NCBI GenBank assembly: GCA_963514005.1 | Contig: OY740824.1 | Span: 2,294,001 to 2,358,000, forward strand | DNA length: 64,000 nucleotides | Reading direction: 5' to 3' | From: Raja brachyura | Taxonomy: Eukaryota | Shown here: one piece after another, positions 44,714 through 57,779 of the stretch | Position numbering within the stretch: position 1 is the stretch's first letter | Layout: every line of letters starts with the position of its first letter | Position numbers and translations under genes: made by a program | The notes under the pieces: generated by a model | Database searches by the model: none | What the model was told of the DNA's origin: nothing | The model's input: only the letters and a program-made list of their open reading frames with translations

Positions 44714-47700
44714 TGTAGAAGAACCATATTAGTCTATCTCAATATAGCCTTCACCACATATATTATGCATGACACACGCTCCACCAGGCAATCCAGTACG
44801 GGATTTGACTGCAGACACTGATTACAGCCTGTTCTTCCCTTAGTTTGGTCGTCTGAAATTTGATGCGATGAGTGTAACAGTGCGTATTCTTCTCCCCACA
44901 TGGGTCTTAATAAATGCTTTGTTGTTCACCTAATACTTTGTAACGGGTTTGATAACAGAACGCGGTGTCAGAAGATTTGGACCACTTCTCCACTTTATTT
45001 GCCTGAATCTATGTTTGTTGGGTTTTTTGTACACTCTCCCTGCCATGGTTGGTGCCTTTCGTAAACCTTACTCGTTAGTGTTTGCTGGTTACCTCGATGA
45101 ACGATGAACAGTGGGTTTGAAATGGAATATGGAGTGTTCATTCACTTGGCTCACCGTGATGCACCCGCTGATGTACAAGCTTCCATTGTCCTCAACGTTG
45201 CGGGCACAGAACCCACACTACCTGCACAGATTTCCACTACTCCCAGCTGAGCTTGATGGGGTGGGTGACGTGGTGACGCCTGCGGAATGTATACGAGACA
45301 CAGTGTGTCTCCTTAGAAAATTCCGACAGCTGTGCCAGCTACGAACTAACTTGGTCATGGAGCACCACATATTCTTTTCTCGTAATTGAATGTTGGCCTT
45401 CAAAACAAGATGTTTTAACTCCAGGAGTATAGAGGTTCTAGTGCAGTTGTACAGGGCTCTGCTAAGACCACATCTGGTGTATTGTGTACAGTTTTGGTCT
45501 CCTAATTTGAGGAAGGACAACCTTGTGATTGAGACAGTGTAGCGTAGGTTCACGAGATTGATCCCTGGAATGGCAGTGCTGCCATATGAGGAAAGATTGA
45601 AAAGACTTGGCTTGTATTAACTTGAGTTTAGAAGGATGAGGGGGGATCTGATAGAAGATTAAATTATAAAAGGACTGGACAAGCTAGATGCAGGAAAATT
45701 GTTCCCGAGGTTGGGCGAGTCCAGTACCAGGGGCCACAGTCTTAGAATAAAGAGGAGGCCATTTACTTCACCCAGAGAGTTGTGAATTTGGGGAATTCCC
45801 TGCCACAGTGGGCAGTGGAGGCCTAATCACTGGATGGATTTAAGAGAGAGCTAGCTAGAACTATATGGGTTAGTGGAATCAAGGGATATGGGGAGAAGGC
45901 AGGCACGGGTTAAAGATAGGGAGATCAGCCATGATGTCAATGAATGGCGGTGCTAGCTGAAGGGCCGAATGGCGTCCTCCTGCATCTATTTTCTATGTTT
46001 CTATAACCAGAATGAAGATGAACCAGTGATGTTCTTCTGGCCATCAGTGGCAGACGAACATCGCTGGCAGACGTCAATTCGCTTATTTGCGCGACATCCT
46101 CGTCCGTGGCAGACTCGTGTACGGCACCCTGAATGACAAGGTGAGAGACGGCTTACGCTCGGACGAGCTCACTCTAGTAAAAGCCGAGCGTTCTTATCGG
46201 GTTGCTGAGCTAACCGACACCCATACCATGTCTCTTGGACCCGGACCACACGCTGCATACATTATCAATGGTTTCCACAGATTTACGCGCCGGGGAAAGC
46301 TACCACGGAAATCATTAATAACTGCACCAATTTTGGTGGCTCGTCCCAGCGTAAGCCGTCTCTCACCTTGCCCTGCTCAACAATTCCTCTCACAGTATAA
46401 ATACTTATTTGATAACTAACTGGGCAATCTTCCACACAAGTACACCATTGTAACTGACCCAGAGGTCGCACCAGTTATACGCGCCCTTCTCCGTTAAATG
46501 TGCCCCGCTTTCGTGAACATTTGCCATTATTTGAAAAGAAAAACATCTTTATTCGCTGCGTCCGCTCTCGTGGTTACAGCGTTGAGACAAAACAATCTCT
46601 CCACGTACTTCAGCCCACAATTTCCCACGAGGCCCTAGAGGACGTATCTGCACCTGCAGAAGAATAATTACCTGAGCCCAACGCTGGCATTCTCAACATG
46701 CATTCCTTGTCCGATCCGTTGGGAAAACACAAGGGCCATATAACAAAGCTCCAGATCAACAATGCCAATATTATTGCACAAATCGACACCGGGGCTCGCT
46801 GTAATGTTTTGTTCTTATCGGATTTCCAGAGAGTTCGGAAATCCGAAGTTGTTAGACAAAGTGCCAAGTCAATACCATTTGTGGGAGGAGAGTTCCACCC
46901 GGTCGTGAGAGTGGAACTGCAATGCCATTTGGCTTCAAGTGCATGCAATCAGGACATTTTCATTGTACGTGGGGAGGTAGCCTCTCTGCTGGGCATCGAT
47001 GCATGCCCTTACCTGGGTTTGGTCACAATCGTCAAAACTGTGCACCAGCTCACCTCCAGCCAGCTCAAGAATTCCTCTCACAGTACAAATCCTTATTTGA
47101 TAACTAACTGGGCAATGTTCCACACAAGTACACCATTGTAACTGACCCAGAGGTCGCACCAGTTGTACGCGCCCTTCTCCGGGTCCCCCATGCTATGCGA
47201 GACCGCGTTCAGAACGAAGTGACAGGATGGAAACTCTGGGTGTGCTGGCCCCTGTCAATGATCCATCTGTCTGGGTCTCGACCATGTTTGCAGCCACCAA
47301 GAAAAACCAAAATGAAATACCAATTTAAACAATGCCATTAAATGCCGTACACCGCCCGATGCGCACGGTGGAAGATGTGGCAACACACCTGGGAAAAGCA
47401 ACGGTATTCTCAGTCCTAGACGCAATTAGCTAATTCCGGCAGATTTTAGTAGACCATGCATCCAGAATGTTGAGCACATTCGCCACACCTTTCGAACCCT
47501 GCAGATGTTCACGCATGCCATTTGGAATAAACTCGGCTAGTGAAACCTTCCAACACTTCGTGGAGCCGTTATTTGCCCGATACCCATGTGCTGTCATTTT
47601 AGATGACATCCTTGCCGCCGGACAGAAGGTCCAAGAGCACGAAGCAAACTTAAAGCTGGTTCTGGACCGTGCCAAAGCAATCAACCGCAAGTTCAAGCCT

Positions 47701-47720
47701 AAAAATGCAGGATCACTATA
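44714..47720 (+). mobile_element. Second decayed Mag-like Gypsy element (5' LTR, gag, PR, RT), interrupted by CR1
   Basis: LTR starts TGTAGA at 44714; PBS GGTGTCAGAAG at ~44964; gag MVGAFRKPYSL..CLLRKFRQLCQL; IDTGARCNVL; MPFGINSASE, ILDDILA. Confidence 0.85.
45388..46003 (+). mobile_element. CR1 3' fragment inserted in gag
   Basis: [19 protein letters not shown]; tail TTCTATGTTTCTAT; gag resumes at 46004. Confidence 0.85.
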
Positions 47721-47724
47721 ATAG

Positions 47725-49625
47725 TCAGATTTTTAGACTATTATCCGAAATATCTCGTGGTGCAACAGGCTTGGATAATAGATCATGGGGACAGAGCGTA
47801 TTTTGATCAAGACTACTCGCCAGAAGTCCAGAGAATGCGTAAGGAGATACGACAGGTGATTAAGCAACTCCAGGAGAAGCCAAGTCTCCATTCCCGGCAC
47901 GGCTCAAGATCTACCTAGACTCTGGAGTTATTTCCTTCAGGACATTGACTGAGGGAATACCTAAACTGGAGAAGATGGGGATTTACATCAGACCAGAGTC
48001 CAGAGATGTGTTGAATAGAAAACTGTCCTGAGACCACTGGTCAGGGGGGACGAATAAATCAGGCGGTCATAGAGGATCGGCAAAACTGCCAGAGGAAGAT
48101 CTTCACACCATACTGGGTATCATAGGAGATGGACTATAGACATGTGTGAAATAAGCACAGAAACGTGGGCCATATGTGCAAATGGTAAAATATCTGAAAG
48201 GGACCATTGAGTTAATGAAGTGGACAATTAACATCTATACGATCAGATAATAGTATAAGATGAGACAAATAATATGTAAAAGGTTGATACATATACTCTC
48301 TGGTTTTGTTTTCTTGACGAAGGGTAATTATGCCATGTTTTACAGCACATAAATGGCTGATGTTGTAATGTATTATATTTTCGAATTGATTTAACTGTAC
48401 TATCAAAGAGAGGTATTGACGGGGGCTCTCTCGGCTGGGGGGGAGATACCTGCCATTTATTTTTGTTCATAATTGTAATTCAAAAGTCCCAAAGTGGGAA
48501 TTAGAGCAACCTTACTGTAGTTGCAACCACACATAAGTCGGCTACCCAGGAGAGACTTGGTCACATCTCTTCGCCTTTTTACGAGGAGCTGGCACACCAC
48601 CTAGTTCAGGGTGTCCAGACGGGTTTGTTAGATAGGAAGCCCCTTTTTTCTTTATTGTTTTTTGGTCCAATGTGTAAAGTTTTATTGAATGTTGATTTAA
48701 TGATTTGTTTATTGTTTATTGATTTGTTAGTTTGGCAAATGTTTTTCATTGGTACATGGACCCTAGTAAATTGTATTTTGTGTACAACGGATTATTCACA
48801 GGCTAACCAGAGCAAGAAACAAAAATGGTATAGAAAGCAACTAGTAGATTACACAACGTGGGATAATGGCTAATTTAAAGATAGTCCACGGTTTAAATCA
48901 CCCCATAAAGAGGAGACAAGCTCTGAGCGAAATCAAAAAATGAGGGTGTTGAGTTGCATTGATTCAGGATACGCATGTGGTGGAAACGGAAAATCAAAAG
49001 CTTAGAAGAGAGTGGGTTGGTGAGGTACTTAGTGCCTCCAGTGGGAAAAGGAGAGGAGAGGCTATTCTTTTGAATAGAAATGTAGTTTCCGCTGTGGAAA
49101 ACGTACTTCGAGATACATTGGGGAGATATGATATGGTAATTGGTGCAATAATTGGGATGAATATTTATGCACCAACGGAATATGATTTATCTTTCTTAGG
49201 AGACATTGCAAATATACTTGCAGAATATGCCAAAGGTATGATAATGCTAGGTGGTGATTTCATTGCGGTTCTTGATTGGAGGCTGGATAGATTACCAGAT
49301 GAGTACAACCAAACAAAAAAAATAATAATATGCTAGGGGAGTTAGGATTAGTAGACTCCTGGAAATATAAAAATCCAAGAGGGATGGATTATAGTTTCTT
49401 TTCGAACGTGCACGGGAGTTACTCGCGTATATGTGTTCTCAAACAATATACATATACAGTGGAGGATTGTAAAATTAGTTCAATAACAATCAGTGACCAT
49501 GCGCCCGTAATCCTTACCTTGGAGTTAGGAACTGAATAGAGTTTCAAATACTGGAGAGCAAACATTTCTTTATTGACAGATAACGTAGTGACACAGGAAA
49601 TTAGGAATTGTATTAAAGAGTACTT
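47725..49625 (+). mobile_element. L1-clade LINE fragment (ORF1 end, ORF2 APE endonuclease)
   Basis: FDQDYSPEVQ..PFPARLKI; GLNHPIKRR, LIQDTH, NIYAP, GGDF, LVDSW, YSFFSNVHGSYSRI, ISDHAPV. Confidence 0.82.
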
Positions 49626-49639
49626 TGACCACAATGGCA

Positions 49640-50150
49640 ACGATCGCCCAGCCTCCGCTTGGTCTCACCGATGTACATCAGCTGGCATCTGGAGCAACGG
49701 ATGCAGTAGATGAGGTTGGAGGAGGTGCAGGTGAACCTCTGTCGGACTTGGAAAGACTGCTTGGGTCCCTGAAAGGAGTGGATGGGGGAGGTGAAGGGAC
49801 AAGTGTAGCATCTCTTGCGGTTGCAAGGAAAGTGCCCGGGGAAGGGGTGGAGCGGGAGATAAGGGAAGAATTGACAAGGGAGTTGCGGAGGGAGCGGTCT
49901 TTGCGGAAGGCAGACAGGGGGGGGAGATGGGAAGATGTGGTGAGTGCAAGGGTCATGTTGGAGGTGGCGAAACTGGCGGAGGACTATCTGTTGCATGCGC
50001 CGGCTGGTGGGGTGAAAGGTGAGGACCAGGGGGACTCTGCCCTTGTTGTGAGTGGGGGAGTGGGGAGAGAGGGCAGTGTTGCGTGGTATGGAGGAGACCA
50101 TGGTGCGAGCCTCATCTATAGTGGGGGAGGGGAAACCTGAAGAACGAGGA
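49640..50150 (-). mobile_element. Penelope fragment, inverted partner of 50151-50845
   Basis: RVPLVLTFHP, CNRKRCYTC, NLIYCIRCSRCQLMYIGETKRRLGDR. Confidence 0.88.
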
Positions 50151-50845
50151 CATCCGTTGCTCCAGACTCATCTACCGCATCCGTTGCTCCAGACTCATCT
50201 ACCCCATCCAGATGCCAGCTGATCTACATCGGTGAGACCTAGCGGAGGCTGGGCAATCGTTTCGCCGAACACCTCCGCTCGGTCCACAATAACCAACCCG
50301 ACCTCCTGGTGGCTCAGCACTTCAACTCCCCCTCCCTTTCCGTATCCGACCTCTCGGTCCTGAGCCTCCTCCACGGCCAGAGTGAGCAACACCGCAAGTT
50401 GAAGGAACAGCACCTCATATTCCGCTTGGGGAGTCTGCATCCTCTGGGCTTAAACATTGAATTTTCTCAATTCTGTTAACCCAGGCTGCCTCCTCCCCTT
50501 CCCACATCTCCCTCAGCCCTCGGGCCCTGGCCTTCCGTCTCTCTCTATCTCCCCCCCCCCCACCCAAGTCGCACTAGCTTCTCATTTGCACACTACAAAC
50601 AGCTTACAATGGCCTGTTTCCTTTATCATCGATACTTTTTTGCATATCTTTCAATCATTGTTCTTTATCTCTCCACATCACTGTCTATATCTCTCGTTTC
50701 CTGATCCCTGACCAGTCTGAAGAAGGGTCTCGACCCGAAACGTCGCCTATCTCCATCGCTCCTTAGATGCTGCTGCACCCGCTGAGTTTCTCCAGCTTTT
50801 TGTGTAACCCTCAATTCTCCAGAATCTGCAGTTCCTTCTTCAACA
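50151..50845 (+). mobile_element. Penelope 3' end with terminal repeat
   Basis: YIGETxRRLGNRFAEHLRSV; 26-bp tandem duplication CATCCGTTGCTCCAGACTCATCTACC at the junction. Confidence 0.85.
50717..50744 (+). ncRNA. Hammerhead-ribozyme-like motif
   Basis: Identical to 14326-14353. Confidence 0.6.
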
Positions 50846-50849
50846 CGTT

Positions 50850-50985
50850 TGTAGGCTAATTAAATTGGTGCACATTTTAATTGTACCTAACGTATTGGGT
50901 AGTGTTAGTGTGCAGGGATCGCTGGTCAGCTCGGTCTCGGTGGGCCGAAGAGCCTGGTTCCATTCTGTATCTCTGAACTAAACTA
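50850..50985 (+). mobile_element. V-SINE 3' half
   Basis: TTTGTAGGCTAATT...GGGATCGCTGGTC...GGGCCGAAGAGCCTG...CTGTATCTCTGAACTAAAC. Confidence 0.7.
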
Positions 50986-51799
50986 CAGGCTAGACACAGG
51001 CCTCAAAGCCTCGGGCTACTCACCGTGAACATAGGCCATTGCCTGTGACTAATGGCCTGGAAGTTGCATAAAAGCCTGGGTCTACTGGCTAGACACAGGC
51101 CTAAATTTCTGGGTCTACATGCCTAGAAGCGGATAGAGGCCTAGACCTACAGGCCTCGAATGGAGCCCAAAGCCTGCGCCTACCAGCCTGCCAATGGGTC
51201 AGAAGCCTGGGCCTATCGGTTAGATGCAGGCCTAAAAGCTTAAGCCGAAAGACCTGGAAGGATCTAAAGGCCTAGGCCAACAGACCAGGCACATTCCCGG
51301 GACAACACTTCAGGCTTTCTCCCTCCACAGTTCCTCCCCTCCCACGCCTCCCGACCACCCCCCGACGGATGAGTGTCTTTCCATCTCCCAAGAGACCGCC
51401 GAGAGAGAGCCGAGTCGGAGAGGCGAGGGGCAGTCGAGGAAGAGGGAGGCTCGAGTTCACAAGCTGGAATCCGAGCAACGGGGAGGGAACAGCTAGGGCA
51501 GGCCTGGGGAGAGAGGGAGATTTGGAGAGGTGAGATGGAGGGAGGGAGGGTGTGAGAAGGAGGGAGAGAGGGGGTGATGGTGAAAATGGAGGGAGGATTG
51601 CAGGGAGAGAGGGAGGAAAAGAGGTTACAGGCTTGGGAGTGGGTAGGGTCGTGGGAGAATCACACACACGTTCAGTGAAGCTCCCTGAGCATCGTTCCGT
51701 TTATCTTTCTCACACACACACATTATAGGATATAATTGAGGCTGGGACTATTCCAATGTTTCAGAAATATCGCCCTGGCTAATCGAGCCTAATAGTCTA

Positions 51800-54700
51800 C
51801 ATTCTGTTATTTTTACGTTCTGTAGTTTTTATGGATTCGCAGGTGGCTTTTGCGTCCAATCCTGGCTTTGAAAGTTATTCGAATTCGGGACAGGTAGTTC
51901 CAGATAGCAGATCGGGTTTTCGTTGTTGCTGCCTCTCTTTCCGTTTTCTTCTCATTTCTTCTAATTCTGAGCATCTCTTGGCGTTGAACGTCGCCGTTCC
52001 TTCTTGGATGGTGGTTCGACAGAATTTCCTCTCCTGGCATTTGTTTCCCAATTGCCGATGTCGATTGCACATTCCTTCATGCTGGTTTTTAAGGCGACTT
52101 TGAATCTCTTATTTTGTCCGTCTCTTTTCCGTTTGCCTTCTTTACGCTGAGAGTAGCAGGTTTGCTTTGGTAGACGCTCGTCTTCCATGCGAACAACATG
52201 ACCGACCCTTAGTTGTTTCTTGATGTCGAAGGCTTCGATGCTGGGTATTTTGACTTCATTCAGTACGCTGACATTGGATCTTCTGACTTTCTAACTGGTA
52301 TTTAAGCTGCTTCGAAGACATCGTTGTTGGAACGTTTCAAGTGTTTTCAGATGACTTAGGTGTAGTGTTCAGGTTTCTGGGGCATTCAGGAGTGTTGGAA
52401 GCAGCACTGCTTTGTACACTAACATTTTGGTTTCCGTTCGGATGTCACGATTTTGAAAGACTCTCGATTGAATACGTACAAAAGCTGTCCCAGCACAATT
52501 AAGACGATGTTGGATCTCGTCATCACGGTCGACATTAGAGGAGAGGTGTCCTTCAAGGTACGGAAAGTGATCCACATTTTGCAGGGTTGTTTAATCAAGT
52601 TAAATTGACGGTTCTTTGCGACGTATCTCAGTTGGTGACGATTGGTAGATAACGTGGGTCTTCTTGGAGTTGATAGTAAGTCCAAGTTTCGTGAATGAAC
52701 TTTTGAAAGCCGTCAGGATCTGTTTTCAGATGGTTTTCTGAGAGCTGCAACACAGTTGGTTTCTGCGTATAGGAACTCGATGAGGGAGCCCATATATGTC
52801 TTAATTTTGGACTTGAGACGGGCAAGATACAGATGTCTGCCCTCTTTTCTGTAGACGATTTCGATTCCTGGGGGTAGGTCATCCTGGATGATGTGGATGG
52901 TTGTGGCAAAGAAGATGGTGTTCAGTGTTGGGACAATCACGCATCACTTTTTGACTCCTGATCTGTCTTGAAACGGCTCACTGTTGATGTTGCTGGGCAT
53001 GACTGTGGCAAGCATGTCATCGTAGAGGAGTCTCAGGTTTCAAATGTAATTTTCAGGACATCTAAAGGTGGATAGGATGTCGCATAAGAGTGCCCTTGAT
53101 ATCGAGTCGAAGGCCTCAGTTAGGTCGATGAATGCCATCGACAAAGGTTGATGTTGTTCACGATATTTTTCTTGTACTTGACGCATTGTGAAGATGATGT
53201 CGGATGTTCCACGTGATGGTCTGAAACCGGCTTGCGTCTCTCGAAGGATCTTCTCGGCTAAAGGCTTGAGTCGGTTGTTCATGATGTGGGCGAGGTCCTT
53301 GCCTGCTGTTTCTAATACTGAAATCCCACGATAGTTTCCGCAGTCAGATCGATCGCCTTTCCTTTTGCAGATGGTAATGAGTGCCGAGTCTCGAAGGTGT
53401 CCAGGGACGTCTTCATTTATCCAGATATTGATGAGAAGTTGATACAGTTGGTAATAGTGCAGGTTGGGTCAAATGTTGTAGACCTCGGGTGGTATTCCGT
53501 CGAGTCAAGCTGCCTTGTTGTTTTTCAATGTTTTGATGGCTTCCTTTATTTCTTCATAGATTGATGATAATCTGCGTAGGGGGTCGTCAACAGGCTGCTT
53601 TGAAATGTTGTTGATGACATTCATGTCAAATAAGGCGGTTTGATTTCGATCTTTAATGTGCACCCTCCATCTAGAATTGATGTCAGCATTGCTATTCATG
53701 ATGGTTGACCCATCTTCGCTTTTGAGAGGGGCTTGACCGTGAGTACATGGACCAAAAATGGCTTTTGTCGCGTTAAAAAACCTCGAGCGTCGTTGGTGTC
53801 TGCTAGTTGTTGGGTTTCCTGTGCTTTCCCCCTCTACTATTGTTTTTTTCAGGTTTCGGGTGCTCTTTTGGACTGCAGCCTTGCATTCCTGATAGCAACT
53901 CCTTTTAGTAGCCGACTGTTGGTCATTTTGTAAGGTGATGAAGGCTTTTCTCTTTTCAGCAATGAGTTGTTACAGTTGTTTGTAATTATTGTCTAACCAA
54001 TCCTGATGTTTTTTGAATTAAACGCAATTATTTATTTGCAGGAGACGATGATAGCATTCTTAAATAACCATATATCAACCATATAACAATTACAGCACGG
54101 AAACAGGCCCTCTCGGCTCTTCCAGTCCGTGGCGAACATTTATTCCCCCCTAGTCCCATCTACCTGCACTCAGACCATACCCCTTCATTCCCTTCCCGTC
54201 CATACAACTATCCACTTTACTTTTAAATGTTAAAATCGATCCTGCCTCCACCACTTCTGCTGGAAGCTCATTCCACACAGCCACCACTCTCTGGCTGTGA
54301 AGAAGTTCCCCCTCATGTTACCCCTAAACTTTTGTCCCTTATTTCTACATCACGCCCTCTTGTTTGATTCTTCCCTACCCTCAATGGGAAAAGCTTATCC
54401 ACGTCAAATCTGTGTATCCCTTTCATCATTTTAAATACCTCAATCAAGTCCCCCCTTAACCTTATGCGCTCCAAAGAATAAAGACCTAACTTGTTCAACC
54501 TTTCTCTGTAACTAAGTTCCTGGAACACAGGCAACATTATAGTCAATCTCCTCTGTACTCTATTTTGTTGACATCCTTCCTATAATTAGGCCACCAAAAT
54601 TGTGCACCATACTCCAGAATTGGTCTCACCAATGCCTTGTACAATTTTAACATTACTGCCCTACACCTATATTCAATGCTCTGATTTATAAAGGTCAGCA

Positions 54701-57165
54701 CACCAAACGCTTTCTTTACCACCCTATCTATATTCGATTCCACCTTCAGGGAACTATGCACAGTTCTTCCTAGATCCCTCTATTCCACAGCATTTCTCAA
54801 TTCCCTACCATTTACCATGTACGTCCTATTTTGATTTGTCCTGCCAAGATGTATCACCTCACACTTATCAACATTAAACTCCATCTGCCATCGTTCAGCC
54901 CACTCTTCCAAATGGCCCAAATCTCTCTGTAGACTTCGAAAATCTACTTCATTATCCACAACACCAACTATCTTAATATCATCTGCATGCTTACTTATCC
55001 AATTTTCCAACCCATCATCCAGATCATTGATGTACATGACAAACAACAGTGGACCCAACGCAGATCCCTGAGGCACCCCACTGGTCACCGGCTTCCAACC
55101 GGACAAACAGCCATCCACCATTACTCTCAGGCATCTCCCATTCAGCCATTGTTGAATCCATCTAGCTACTCCGCCATTAACACCCAAAGATTGAACCTTC
55201 TTAACCAACCATCCATTGGGAACCTTGTCAAAGGCCTTACTGAAATCCATATAGACAACATCCACTGCATTACCCTCATCAATTTCCCTAGTAACCTCTT
55301 CAAAAAATTCAAGAAGGCTTGTCAAACATGACCTTCCAGGCACAAATCCATGTTGACTGTTCCTGATCAGACCCTGTTTATCCAACAGCTTATGTATTTT
55401 ATCTCTAAGTATCCTTTGCATTAATTTGCCCACGACTGACGTCAAACTATCAGGTCTATAATTGCTAGGTTTATTCTTTGAACCCTTTTTAAACAATGGA
55501 ACAACATGCGCGGTACGCCAATCCTCCGGCACTATTCCCGTTTCTAATGATATTTGAAATATTTCTCTCATAGCCCTGCTATTTCTACACTAACTTCCCT
55601 CAATATCCTAGGGAATGTCCTGTCAGGACCTGGAGACTTATCCACTTTTATATTTTTCAAACGTGTCAGTACTTCCTCCTCTTTGAATCTAATAGTTTCC
55701 ATAGCTACTCTACTTTTTTCCCTTACCTCACAGAGTTCAATATCCTTCTCCTTGGTGAATAGCGAAGAAAATACATTGTTCAATATCTCCCCCATCTCTT
55801 TTGGCTCTGCAGATAGCTGTCCATTCTGGCTCTCTAATGGTCCAATTTTATTCCTCGTTATCCTTTTGCTATTAATATAGCTGGAGAAACCATTTGGATT
55901 TACTTTCACCTTTCTTGCCAAAGCAACCTCATATCTTCTTTTAGCTTTTCTAATTTATTTCTTAAGATTGTTTTTACACTCTTTATACTCCTCTAGCACC
56001 CCATTTACTCCATGCCTCCTATATTTTTTGTAAATATCTCTCTTTTTTCGAACCGTGTCCAATTTCCCTTGAAAACCGTGGCTCTTTCCAATCTTTACTA
56101 TTTCCTTTCAACCGAACAGGGACATAAAGATTCTGTACTCGTACAATTTCCCCTTTAAATGTCCTCCGTTTCTCTTCTACATCCTTTCCATAAAACAAAA
56201 TGTCCCAATTCACTCCTTTTAAATCCTTACGCATTCCCAATGGAAAGTTCGCCTTTCTCCAATCAAAAATTTAATCCTAGGTCCAGTTCTGACTCTCTCC
56301 ATAAGTGAAACTAATGGTATTGTGATCCCTGGTCCCGAAGTGCTCGCCAACGCATACCTCCGTCACCTGACCTGCCTCATTTCCTAACAGGAGGTCCAGC
56401 ACAGCCCCTTCTCTGGTCGATACCTCTATGTATTGCTGCAAAAAAGCTATCCTGCACTCATTTGGCAAACTCCAAACCATCCAGCCCATTTACAGAATGT
56501 GTTTCCCAGTCTATTTTTGGAAAATTGAAATCTCCCACTATCACTACCTTGTGCTTACTACTAATATCTGCTATCTTCATACATATTTGCTCTTCCAATT
56601 CTCGCTCCCCATTTGGCGGTCTATAATACACCCCTAAAAGTGTTGCTACACCGTTCCGACTTCTCAGTTCCAACCAAATAGCCTCCCTAGACGAGCCATC
56701 TAATCTACATAGAAGCAAGTGTTCTTCCGCAGATGGTGGGATTGTAGACGCGGTACTTTCTTGACGTTTTTGTTGAAACTGCTGTTCATGTTTGATGTTT
56801 TGAAGGACGACAACATTGGATTTCTTGATGGCGTTCTGTTTTTGATTTTCCTTTTGGGCCTATTCTTCATTCTGATGGTGGACGAGATAAGACGATGGTC
56901 TGTCCAGCATTCGTCGGCACCAGGAACGGCTCTTGATTTCAGTACAGCTTGTTGGTCACGGTGATGTAGTCGACGAGGTGCCAGTGTTTGGCACGTGGAT
57001 ATTGCCAGAAGACGATTTACCTATTTTTCGGGCGAAATATAGGCGTTTGTAATCACTAGGTCCTGTTCAGCACATTTGGTGAGGAGGACTGTTCATTTGG
57101 TATTGACCTTGCCAACTTCTTCCTTGCTGATTGTTGCGGTTCAGAGCCTACGATCTTTCTACTGC
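51800..57165 (-). mobile_element. RTE-clade LINE, decayed, split by CR1 (54066-56710)
   Basis: ETQAGFRPSRGTSDIIFTMRQVQEK, AFIDLTEAFDSI, FPYLEGHLS, MLVYKAVLLPTLL, MEDERLPKQ; APE HWHLVDYI at ~56960-56990. Confidence 0.85.
54066..56710 (-). mobile_element. CR1 LINE ORF2 (second subfamily, CATATAAC-type tail)
   Basis: GVYYRPP, VGDFNFP, DKSPGPD, QHGFVPGRSCLT, YMDFSKAFDKVP, GVPQGSALGP, HADDIK. Confidence 0.92.
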
Positions 57166-57194
57166 GTCTTAATGCAGCAATACCTTAGTAGTAC

Positions 57195-57420
57195 CCGTGT
57201 TTAAGAAATAACTGCAGATGCTGTTAAAATCGAAGGTAGACATAAAATTACGGAGTAACTCAGCGGGTGTGGCAGTGTCTATGGAGGGAAGGAATTGGCG
57301 ACGTTTCAGGTCAAGACCCTTCTTCAGACCTTCGGGTCTCGTTCCGAAACGACGCCAATTCCTTCTCGACAAAGATGCTGCCTCACCCGCTGTGTTTCCC
57401 CAGCATTTATTGTCAACCAG
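57195..57420. mobile_element. Palindromic Penelope-terminal-repeat-derived element
   Basis: GAAGGAATTGGCGACGTTTC is inverted against GAAACGACGCCAATTCCTTC, and CAGCGGGTGTGGCAG against CTGCCTCACCCGCTG. Confidence 0.7.
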
Positions 57421-57779
57421 CAGGATTACCTCATTAAGTCAGCACTATCCCAGATTATGTCACTCCATCAGTACGACTTCGCAGTGAGTCACTCCATCAC
57501 TACCACCCCACAGAGTGTCACTCCATCAGAACCAACCCACAGTGTGCCTTTTCATCAGTATTACCACACAATGTATGGCCCCTTTAGCAACACTCCGCAG
57601 TGTGTAACTCCATCAGAACTACCCCACAGTCTGTCACCCCATCTGTACTGCCCCACAGTGTGTCACACTATTAGTCGTACTTCGCCAGGTTCAGCTTGCA
57701 GGAATGCGTTGTAGCACACAATCAATACCACTCCACAGCGTGTTATCCGTCAATTTGACCCCACTATTTGTTAAGTCTG

